Source of the DNA: a virus
Strand: one strand, 5' to 3'
Virus record (IMG/VR): IMGVR_UViG_3300022868_000014
Coordinates: 1-64,000 of that record
Length of the DNA: 64,000 nucleotides
Made by a program: the position numbers and the translations under genes. How positions within the stretch are numbered: the first letter of the stretch is position 1; the number at the start of each line of letters is the position of its first letter. Positions 37,679 to 46,021 of the stretch are shown here, piece by piece. The notes beneath the pieces were generated by a model. The model was not told where the DNA came from. It ran no database searches and saw only the letters and a program-made list of their open reading frames with translations.

Positions 37679-40600
37679 CCCAAACATTTTTATCGGAATT
37701 AAAGAAGCAACCTACGTACAGGTATGACATTTTAGATTTTGATGGCATAAGAAACGCCACAATGGATAATGTCAAAGCTGCTGTATCGCAACGTTTCCCT
37801 TTAGAGAATGATGATTATACTCTAGCTGTAGATGAAGTGGATTACGATGGCCCGGATAGTTATTCCCTAAAGGAGCAGAAAGAAGCAATCCTAAAAGGTA
37901 GAAGCCTAGGTCGTAGACTTAAGGGTAGATGGACACTTACCGATAAACTCACAGGCAAACCAGTAAGCCAGACTAAGAAAGTTACTTTACTTAATGTTCC
38001 TTATATTACTCCACGTGGTACTTATATCCGTAATGGCCATGAGATGACTATTGGACACGTGCTGCGCCTAAACCCGGGTGTTTACTCGCGGGTAAAGGCT
38101 AATGGATTATATGAGGCCCATGTTAATGTAGAACAAGGTACAGGTTCCCAGTTTAAGATGGAGATCGACCCAGAGACTGGTGTATTTAATATTCGTAAGG
38201 GTAATGTCAATGCAAGGCTTTATCCTATTCTCAGATCCATGGGTATCCCTGATAAGAAAATAGAGGAGATGTGGGGCACTGAATTGCTCAATACCAACAG
38301 GCTGGCAAGTTCCGGAACTATGGTAACACGTAATCTTCAAAAGCTACTACCCAAGGAAGCCTCTGACGGCACGAAAGCCAATTACGTGACTCTGAGTCCG
38401 GATGATGCTAAAGCGCTCTTAGAATCGTTTGGAACGATGCGACTAGACCCTGTATCCACAGAAGCCACTCTTGGCAAGCCTTATGACAGAGTATCACCTG
38501 ATATGCTGTTAGGTACATCGGATAAACTATTAAGATTAGCTAAAGGCACATCAAAGGCAGATAATAGGGATAGCATGCAGTTTCAGAAAGTATATGGACC
38601 TGCTGAGATTTTTGCAGAACGTATTGTCAAAGATGGTGGCCGACTAGGCCGTGCCCTCTTATGGAAGGCTACAAACAAAAAGAACCTGGACTTTATGTCA
38701 TCTGGTGCACTTAATGCACATGTTGACGGAGTCTTTAATGAATCAAAATTAGCACAGTACATTGACGGGTCAAGCCCTTTTGATGCTATTGACTCAGCTA
38801 CACGTATTACACGTCTAGGCGAGGGAGGCTTGAGCAGCCAACGTTTAGCATCTGATGAGATGAGATTGGTACAGAACTCCTTTAAAGGATACATAGACCC
38901 GATCAGATCACCAGAGTCTCTCGCCGTGGGACTACAAATGTTCATGACACAGAATACACGTAAAGGACATGATGGCCTACTATATACACAGTTATTCAAC
39001 CCACGCACAGGTAAGAAAGAATGGGTAGACTCTAAGACAGCAGCAACAGCCAATATAGCTACTTCGGAGTACATGGATACTAAAGACCCTTATATCCCTC
39101 TAGTGGGTGGAGAGCGTGGTGTACATATAGCACCCCGTAAAGATGTGGACTACTATCTTAGTGATGATAATAACATGTTCTCATTGGGTTCTAACATGGT
39201 ACCATTCAAGGGCGGTGTTAAAGGTATGAGATTATTGATGGGGTGCCTGGCTCCTGATACTAATATTATAATTAAAAAAGCTGATAATAGTATATTTTAT
39301 GGTCATATAGAGAATTACGAATGGCACCAAGGAGACCAAGCGCACTCAGTTGATCAGACTACTGGAAAGACAACCTGGAGAGGGGTTGAGCGATTGGTGC
39401 CTAATTATAATAAAATAGATATGTTAGAAGTTAAATTAAAAAGTGGTAGAAAACTAACTACAACTGTTAATCATAAATGGGTGACTATGAGTGAACAAGG
39501 AACTTTAGAAAAGATCACAGCTCAGAATCTAGTTATGGGTACACCCATCCCCAGAGAAGGTTGGTTAGACTTCCCCATGGAAGAAGGCATCACATCTGTG
39601 ACCATAGGGAAGGGGGCCAAGCATAATAGTTTTTCGGGCTTTGAGATGGAGCTCACAGAGGGCGTGGGATACATGCTGGGTTTATATACTGCAGAGGGCT
39701 GGTTACAAGGAGATAGGGGCCATGGATATGGTACAACAAGCTGGGCAGTTGATAGACCGGAATTGCAGAAGAGATTATGTGCTGTATTAGATGACTTGGA
39801 TCTTAAGTATAAAATAAGACGCAATGGTGCCGACCCTCATAAGAAGGTAGTGGTCAATCACTCAGGGTTTGCACGTTGGTTACATGCTAATTTGGAAACG
39901 GGTTCTTACAAGAAGAAGGTTGCGGGACTGATCCTGCAGGCCCCCTTAGGGTGTAGGGAAGGTTTTATAGCTGGATTTTTTGACGGAGATGGTACTGTGA
40001 TGGATAGAAGAGGCTACGCCAGGCTAATTACAGGTGTGAGAAGTTATGACCTTATAGAGGGTTTGTCGAACCTATTCAGCACACTACAGATTGATACAGT
40101 GGTTAGAGAAACCACAGCCCTCGATAAACCTATCTACTTACTCGAAGTAAGGTCCCAGCATTTACATAAAGTCCCGGTGCTTACTCATAACGAAAAAGCT
40201 AAGAGGATGTCTACGCTGAAACTGTGGTCCGGTAAAAAGAATATAGATTACATACCTATGTATAAAGATCTTCATGCCAGCGTACTACAGCGATCTACCC
40301 GTAAGGAGCACTTTAGACATCGCGCATATGTTAATCAACATACGAAACAATCATTACAAGAGCGCATATCCTCCGAGGAATGCATCTGGTTAGATAGTGA
40401 GATAAGGTGGGATAGCGTGGTTGGTATAAAGGACGTAGACCCTGTAGCCATTACATATGATCTGGATCTCAATGACCACACATTCTCAGTAGGTCAAGGT
40501 ATATTTGTACATAATAGTAAATACGCTACACAGGCTTTACCCTTAGTTAATAGAGAAGCAGCACTAACACGTAGCGCAGATGGTACAGGTACCGGTTCTG

Positions 40601-43600
40601 TAGAAAGATTAGCAGGTAAATACACAGGAGCGGTCCAGGCACCTAAAGCAGGTGTCGTAAAACAAGTACGTAAAGATAAAATAATCGTTGAATATATAGA
40701 CGGGGAACAAGCAGAGCATGAGCTTTATGATAACTTCCCGGCCAACCAGAAGGGTTACCTAAGGAGCCATGCTGAAGTTAAAGCTGGTGATACGTTTAAG
40801 AAAGGTCAAGCACTAGCCTCAAGCAACTACACAGCTAATGATGGTGTGTTCGCGGGTGGTTTGAATCTTCGTACAGCTTTCATGAACTTTAAAGGCTCTA
40901 ACTATGAGGATGCTATCGTAATATCAGAGGCAGCAGCTAAGAGATTAACATCCGAGTATATGTACAATACAAAGCTACCTAAAGAAAAACATCTATCCAC
41001 AGATACCAAACGATATGTTAACATGTTCCCGGGCAAGTATACGGCAGATCAATTTGATAAGATGGATCCTAACGGTATGATTAAAACGGGTTCAGTTGTT
41101 GACAAAGGTGATCCACTTATACTAGGTATCAGAGAGAACCAGCCATCCCCCGGTACCGCGGGTCGTCGTACATTTACAGATGTCTCCGAGAAGTGGGAAC
41201 ATGATTACCCGGGAGTTATAACAGATGTAGTTACAGGTCGCGAGAATCACACAGTCTTCTCCAGAGCCAATGTACCTATGAAGGTAGGCGATAAGATGTG
41301 TTACTCTGAGGATACAGATCTGCTAACCTCAAAGGGGTGGAAGAATATTACGACTGTAACACTGGCTGATGAATTGGCCACCCTAGATCCTGATACAAAA
41401 AACATACAATACATCAACCCTTCAGCATTGCATAGCTACGACCACTCTGGTAGTATGCATGTAGTAGAAACAACACAGGTCAGCCTGTGTGTTACTGAGG
41501 AGCATAAACATTATGCAGCCCTTAGAAAGGGTAAAGAAGCAAGGTGGGAATATGGTCTTCATAAGGCCTCTGATTTATATGGTAAAAAGTACAGGCTGGA
41601 AAAAACGGGTAAGTGGAAAGGCATACACCAGGATACGTTCAAATTACCACCCGTTGTTATGGGTGTAGGTAGAACCATGAAACTTGTTGAGGGGCCTGAG
41701 GTTTCGATAGAGGCTTATCTGACTATAATGGGCATCTACCTATCCGACGGCAATTCAGTGTGGCAGCCTAGTAGTGGTTCTTATGGTTTTGATATAAGCC
41801 AAACAAAAGGTAATAATAAATATATACTGCAAAAGGCCTTTACCAGATTAGGTGTGAAGTGGTGTGAAGGGTCTCATTCTGAAAAAATAAGAGTGTATAG
41901 TAAGCACTGGGCTTCTTATCTCAAACAATTTGGAAAAGCACCCGAAAAGTACATACCTGATAACATACTGACCCTGTCACCTGATCTTTTGGCCATTTTT
42001 TATGAGTGGTTCATGTTCGGCGACGGGCACAGAACCCAAGCAGGACACGGAATAACTACAGTCTCCAGCCGTCTCGCAGGGGATTGGCAAAGATTATGTC
42101 TTCATATGGGAATGTCCGCCACTGTAAGACTTACAGATAAAGGTGGACCACGCATTATATGCGGACGAAATTGTTTTGCTAAACCATCCTACACGGTAAG
42201 CACATACCGATATAAAAACCAACCCACGATCAACCACGGGCATGCCAAGACACAGAAGGGTCAGACGGAATACTGGGATGAAAACTATTCAGGAAAGGTC
42301 TATTGCCCTGAGATGCCTTTTAATCACATAGTCTATACGAGACGTAATGGTAAAACAGTGTGGTCCGGTAATTCAAATAGATATGGTTCAAAGGGAGTAG
42401 TAGCAGAGGTTGTACCTGATAACCAAATGCCTTTAGATAAGAAGGGTAAACCATTCGAAATATTAATGAGTCCTCTAAGCGTCGTTTCCCGTACTAATCC
42501 GGCCCAGTTAATTGAAGTTGCCTATGGTAAGATAGCCCAGAAAAGAGGTAAAGCCATAGATCTACCGGCCTTTATGACTGAAGATGCGGCGGAGAAGGCG
42601 ATGGCTGATCTAAAAGAAAACGGACTATCAGATACAGATGATCTGCTTGATCCTGAAACTGGTAAGACTATTCCTAAGGTATTTAACGGGATGGCTTACT
42701 ATTATAAATTAAAACATACAGCTGAATCTAAAGAGTCAGGCCGTGGTACAGCTGGATATACAATGGATAACGTCCCAGCGTCAGGTGGCTATGAAGGTAG
42801 CAAACGGCTTGGTGGCTTAGAAACCTCAGCTTTAATAGGTCACTCTGTTATGGAAGTCCTTAAAGATGCTAAGATAGTTAAAGGGCAGGCCAACGATGAG
42901 TTCTGGCGTGCATTTAAATTTGGTAAGACTCCTACTATGCCTGGTACACCTTTAGTACATAGCAAGTTCTTTGAACACCTAAAGGGTGCTGGTATTAATG
43001 TACGTAAAGGCAAAAGCAGTATTGATATCTTCGGTATGAACAATGATGATGTAGGCCGTCTCAGCCAGGGTCGACAGGTTAAGTCAGCTGATACATTTGA
43101 GACTAACACATACAGACCAATTGATGGTGGCTTGTTCGGTAAAGATGTATTTGGACCGGACGGTAACCAGTGGGGTTATATCCCATTAGATGAACCTATC
43201 CCTAATCCTGTAATGGCTGATAGCTTACGCAGATCCTTAGATATGACATTAAAAGATTTCGAAGCAGTAGCAGAGGGCCGTAAAGAGTTGAATGGTGATA
43301 CAGGGGGTAACGCATTAAAGAAAGCCCTAGGTAAGATCGACCTTACCAGAGAGGTCAAGTATGCCATGGAAGATATAAAGCGTAGCACGGGTACGCGTAG
43401 GGACAATGCGATTAAGAAGTATAGAGCATTAGCCAGCATCAAACTGCAGAAGATGCACCCTAAAGACTTCATGCTTGATAGAATACCAGTCCTACCACCT
43501 AAGTACAGACCTATTACATCTGTAGATGGTATGACAATGGTTGCTGATGCTAACTACCTCTATAAAGCACTGATAGATGCTAACAAAGATTTTAAAGACG

Positions 43601-44412
43601 CCAGAGAACAACTACCTGATGATATGCTGGGAGATGCTAGAGCTCAGATCTATAGAGGCTTTAAAGCAATAACAGGATTACACGACCCAGATGGAATTAA
43701 GCTACAGCAGAAGAATGTAGGTGGATTACTTAAGTGGGTATTCGGTAAGAGTTCCCCTAAGTATGGTGCCTTCCAACGCCGTGTTGTAGGATCTGCTGTT
43801 GACATGGTGGGCAGAGGAACAGTCACACCTAACCCAGCATTAAAGCTTAATCAGATCGGACTCCCAGAGGAACAGGCTTGGAACATCTATGAACCATTTG
43901 TTGTTAAAGCACTCATACAGGGTGGATATAAAGCAACAGACGCAGTTAAGATGACAGCTGAGAAACACCCAGCGGCTTATTCTCTACTACAAAAGGCAGT
44001 TGAGGAACGTCCTGTAATTCTGAACAGAGCACCTTCACTCCATAAGTTTAGCTTAATGGGTTTCTGGCCAGTACTGACAAAGGGTAGCACTATACAGGTT
44101 AGTCCTAGTATTGTAGGACCATTCAATATGGATTTTGATGGAGATGCAGCAAACTTCCACGTACCTGTATCACGTAAGGCGGCACAAGAAGTTGCGAGCA
44201 AGATGATGCCCGAACAGAACCTTTTGGATATAAAAGACTTTAAAGCTCATTATAAACCAATGAGGGAATATTTGCAGGGCCTTAACATAGCAACAAGACA
44301 AAAACCAGGTCCACCTGTTAAAGTTTTTAAGAGTAAGGCAGACGCCAAAGAAGCTTACAGGAAAGGCGAGATAGACGTAGATGATCCTATTCGTATAGTG
44401 GACAAAAGCTAA
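37675..44412 (+). CDS. DNA-directed RNA polymerase: beta subunit fused to the N-terminal catalytic half of beta', with two inteins
   Basis: beta motifs GTYIRNG.E, LGEGGL, SPES..VGL, RLLMG|SKYATQA, NYEDAIVISE, GDKM|SNRYGSKGVV, YYYKL.H, KRLGGLE; beta' motifs IPVLPP.YRP, PVILNRAPSLH, FNMDFDGD (44125..44145). Confidence 0.93.
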   Translation: MTQTFLSELKKQPTYRYDILDFDGIRNATMDNVKAAVSQRFPLENDDYTLAVDEVDYDGPDSYSLKEQKEAILKGRSLGRRLKGRWTLTDKLTGKPVSQTKKVTLLNVPYITPRGTYIRNGHEMTIGHVLRLNPGVYSRVKANGLYEAHVNVEQGTGSQFKMEIDPETGVFNIRKGNVNARLYPILRSMGIPDKKIEEMWGTELLNTNRLASSGTMVTRNLQKLLPKEASDGTKANYVTLSPDDAKALLESFGTMRLDPVSTEATLGKPYDRVSPDMLLGTSDKLLRLAKGTSKADNRDSMQFQKVYGPAEIFAERIVKDGGRLGRALLWKATNKKNLDFMSSGALNAHVDGVFNESKLAQYIDGSSPFDAIDSATRITRLGEGGLSSQRLASDEMRLVQNSFKGYIDPIRSPESLAVGLQMFMTQNTRKGHDGLLYTQLFNPRTGKKEWVDSKTAATANIATSEYMDTKDPYIPLVGGERGVHIAPRKDVDYYLSDDNNMFSLGSNMVPFKGGVKGMRLLMGCLAPDTNIIIKKADNSIFYGHIENYEWHQGDQAHSVDQTTGKTTWRGVERLVPNYNKIDMLEVKLKSGRKLTTTVNHKWVTMSEQGTLEKITAQNLVMGTPIPREGWLDFPMEEGITSVTIGKGAKHNSFSGFEMELTEGVGYMLGLYTAEGWLQGDRGHGYGTTSWAVDRPELQKRLCAVLDDLDLKYKIRRNGADPHKKVVVNHSGFARWLHANLETGSYKKKVAGLILQAPLGCREGFIAGFFDGDGTVMDRRGYARLITGVRSYDLIEGLSNLFSTLQIDTVVRETTALDKPIYLLEVRSQHLHKVPVLTHNEKAKRMSTLKLWSGKKNIDYIPMYKDLHASVLQRSTRKEHFRHRAYVNQHTKQSLQERISSEECIWLDSEIRWDSVVGIKDVDPVAITYDLDLNDHTFSVGQGIFVHNSKYATQALPLVNREAALTRSADGTGTGSVERLAGKYTGAVQAPKAGVVKQVRKDKIIVEYIDGEQAEHELYDNFPANQKGYLRSHAEVKAGDTFKKGQALASSNYTANDGVFAGGLNLRTAFMNFKGSNYEDAIVISEAAAKRLTSEYMYNTKLPKEKHLSTDTKRYVNMFPGKYTADQFDKMDPNGMIKTGSVVDKGDPLILGIRENQPSPGTAGRRTFTDVSEKWEHDYPGVITDVVTGRENHTVFSRANVPMKVGDKMCYSEDTDLLTSKGWKNITTVTLADELATLDPDTKNIQYINPSALHSYDHSGSMHVVETTQVSLCVTEEHKHYAALRKGKEARWEYGLHKASDLYGKKYRLEKTGKWKGIHQDTFKLPPVVMGVGRTMKLVEGPEVSIEAYLTIMGIYLSDGNSVWQPSSGSYGFDISQTKGNNKYILQKAFTRLGVKWCEGSHSEKIRVYSKHWASYLKQFGKAPEKYIPDNILTLSPDLLAIFYEWFMFGDGHRTQAGHGITTVSSRLAGDWQRLCLHMGMSATVRLTDKGGPRIICGRNCFAKPSYTVSTYRYKNQPTINHGHAKTQKGQTEYWDENYSGKVYCPEMPFNHIVYTRRNGKTVWSGNSNRYGSKGVVAEVVPDNQMPLDKKGKPFEILMSPLSVVSRTNPAQLIEVAYGKIAQKRGKAIDLPAFMTEDAAEKAMADLKENGLSDTDDLLDPETGKTIPKVFNGMAYYYKLKHTAESKESGRGTAGYTMDNVPASGGYEGSKRLGGLETSALIGHSVMEVLKDAKIVKGQANDEFWRAFKFGKTPTMPGTPLVHSKFFEHLKGAGINVRKGKSSIDIFGMNNDDVGRLSQGRQVKSADTFETNTYRPIDGGLFGKDVFGPDGNQWGYIPLDEPIPNPVMADSLRRSLDMTLKDFEAVAEGRKELNGDTGGNALKKALGKIDLTREVKYAMEDIKRSTGTRRDNAIKKYRALASIKLQKMHPKDFMLDRIPVLPPKYRPITSVDGMTMVADANYLYKALIDANKDFKDAREQLPDDMLGDARAQIYRGFKAITGLHDPDGIKLQQKNVGGLLKWVFGKSSPKYGAFQRRVVGSAVDMVGRGTVTPNPALKLNQIGLPEEQAWNIYEPFVVKALIQGGYKATDAVKMTAEKHPAAYSLLQKAVEERPVILNRAPSLHKFSLMGFWPVLTKGSTIQVSPSIVGPFNMDFDGDAANFHVPVSRKAAQEVASKMMPEQNLLDIKDFKAHYKPMREYLQGLNIATRQKPGPPVKVFKSKADAKEAYRKGEIDVDDPIRIVDKS
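39244..40515 (+). mobile_element. Intein 1 (424 aa) with LAGLIDADG endonuclease
   Basis: CLAPDT...IFVHN|S; MLGLYTAEG, FIAGFFDGDG; removal restores RLLMG-SKYATQA. Confidence 0.92.
41299..42372 (+). mobile_element. Intein 2 (358 aa) with LAGLIDADG endonuclease
   Basis: CYSEDT...VWSGN|S; IMGIYLSDG, FMFGDG; removal restores GDKM-SNRYGSKG. Confidence 0.92.
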
Positions 44413-44487
44413 ATACCCACGTATATTTAAGGATGTATCTAAAAAGTCTAACGCGTTAGACATTTCAAATATAAACAGGAGAATACA

Positions 44488-45225
44488 ATGATTGATAGAA
44501 AACTGCTTAAAGGAGCGCGAGAAAGCCTCAAAAAAGAAGCCTTCGTACCCCTCACACCAGAAGCACAAGCGGCAGCAGCCGGCGGAGCACCTCCAATGGA
44601 CCCAGCTATGATGGGCGGAGCACCTCCAATGGACCCAGCTATGATGGGTGGAGCACCTCCAATGCCACCAATGGACCCAGCAGCTATGGGCGGAGCCCCT
44701 CCAATGGATCCAGCTATGATGGGCGGAATGCCTCCAATAGACCCAGCAACAGGAATGCCAATAGACCCAGCAACAGGAATGCCGATGGACCCAGCTATGC
44801 TGGGCGGAGCACCTCCAATGCCCCCGGAAGAAGAAGGTGACGATGTCGTTAAAGTAAGTATGGATGATCTTAAAGCACTGATGGAAGAAGTAGCAGGCGC
44901 CAAAGCAGGCGACGCTGAAAAACCACGTCGTGCAACCAATGCAGAGATCATGGACAAATTAACAGAGTTGGAAACGTCACTTTCGGCCCTCGTGGGCGGA
45001 GAACCGACTCCAGCTGATACAGGTATGATGCCTCCTGAATTAGAGGGCGCACCAATGCCTCCAGGATCCCCTGAAGAAATCTCAGCATTACTACAGAGCA
45101 CAGGAATGGGAATGCCCCCAGAAGGAGCAGCTCCACCTATGCCTCCAGGAATGCCTGTACAAGCAGCAGCCAAGTCTAACACTATTGCTAGCCTAGTTAG
45201 CTCTTTAAAGGAGAAACAGAGATGA
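44488..45225 (+). CDS. Pro/Met-rich low-complexity putative virion protein
   Basis: LKKEAF; GGAPPMDPAMM and IDPATGMP repeats. Confidence 0.75.
   Translation: MIDRKLLKGARESLKKEAFVPLTPEAQAAAAGGAPPMDPAMMGGAPPMDPAMMGGAPPMPPMDPAAMGGAPPMDPAMMGGMPPIDPATGMPIDPATGMPMDPAMLGGAPPMPPEEEGDDVVKVSMDDLKALMEEVAGAKAGDAEKPRRATNAEIMDKLTELETSLSALVGGEPTPADTGMMPPELEGAPMPPGSPEEISALLQSTGMGMPPEGAAPPMPPGMPVQAAAKSNTIASLVSSLKEKQR
44581..44820 (+). repeat. Imperfect 33-bp/24-bp coding tandem repeats
   Basis: GGCGGAGCACCTCCAATGGACCCAGCTATGATG and variants. Confidence 0.85.
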
Positions 45226-46019
45226 GCCAGAAACTTAGAGATGAATTACATAAACTAGCCAATATACAAGTGACCAAGCTACAGAAAGAAGCAGCTGAAG
45301 GGGACGCCCCAGCACCAGTAGGTGCTGCTCCTGTAACACGTGAGCTTAGCAAGGGTGAGATTATTAAGTTTATGCTTCTCTATGGTGGCGGAGGTGCAGC
45401 ACTCGGCGCAGGTCTAGGCGCTGTAACAGGTGGTATGGATAATGTCGGCGCGATAGCAGGCGGCGGCATCGCAGGCCTAGCAGGCGGATCTTTACTTGGA
45501 GTAATGGCTTTGAACGCTCGTAGAATCAGAGAACACTCTGCAGCGCGCGAACAAGGAGCAGGGACAGAGCTTATGAATAGAAGCTGGAACTTAGGGGAAG
45601 GTGGTTTACTAGAAAGCACTCCAAGTGCGGCAGCATTAGGAGCCGGAACAGGCGTAGCTGCCCAAATGTTAAGTAGTGGATCTTTAAACAAGGTGCCCGG
45701 GGCTGTAACCAAGATACCTGGGGCCTTAAAAAAGGTACCTAAACTCTTCAAGATGCCTAACTTTAAAAAATTCAAGATGCCTAGTTTCTCTAAACCCAAT
45801 CTTAAACCTGGTAATCTACAAATGGGTGCTAACGCCGGTAAGTACGTGAAAGGTGGCAGTAAAGGTAGCATTAATGGTGCTAGTATCTATAAAAACCTCC
45901 AGGGAGGAGCGAAGAAGGCCGCTTTGTTTGCACTAATGGGTATAGGTGCACAAATCGGCATCAATGAGTACAGAGGCCAGGCAAGGCATAAACGTCTTTC
46001 AAAACTACCCCCTGAATAA
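45222..46019 (+). CDS. Glycine-zipper putative virion protein
   Basis: LQKEAA; GGGGAALGAGLGA, GAIAGGGIAGLAGG. Confidence 0.75.
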   Translation: MSQKLRDELHKLANIQVTKLQKEAAEGDAPAPVGAAPVTRELSKGEIIKFMLLYGGGGAALGAGLGAVTGGMDNVGAIAGGGIAGLAGGSLLGVMALNARRIREHSAAREQGAGTELMNRSWNLGEGGLLESTPSAAALGAGTGVAAQMLSSGSLNKVPGAVTKIPGALKKVPKLFKMPNFKKFKMPSFSKPNLKPGNLQMGANAGKYVKGGSKGSINGASIYKNLQGGAKKAALFALMGIGAQIGINEYRGQARHKRLSKLPPE

Positions 46020-46021
46020 AC

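Noticed and set aside
44448-45182. Long minus-strand ORFs opposite + strand genes (also 20101, 22196, 30040, 37207, 38583, 45380, 56624, 61583)
   Set aside because: Antisense shadows of low-complexity or codon-biased genes; no SD sites or motifs
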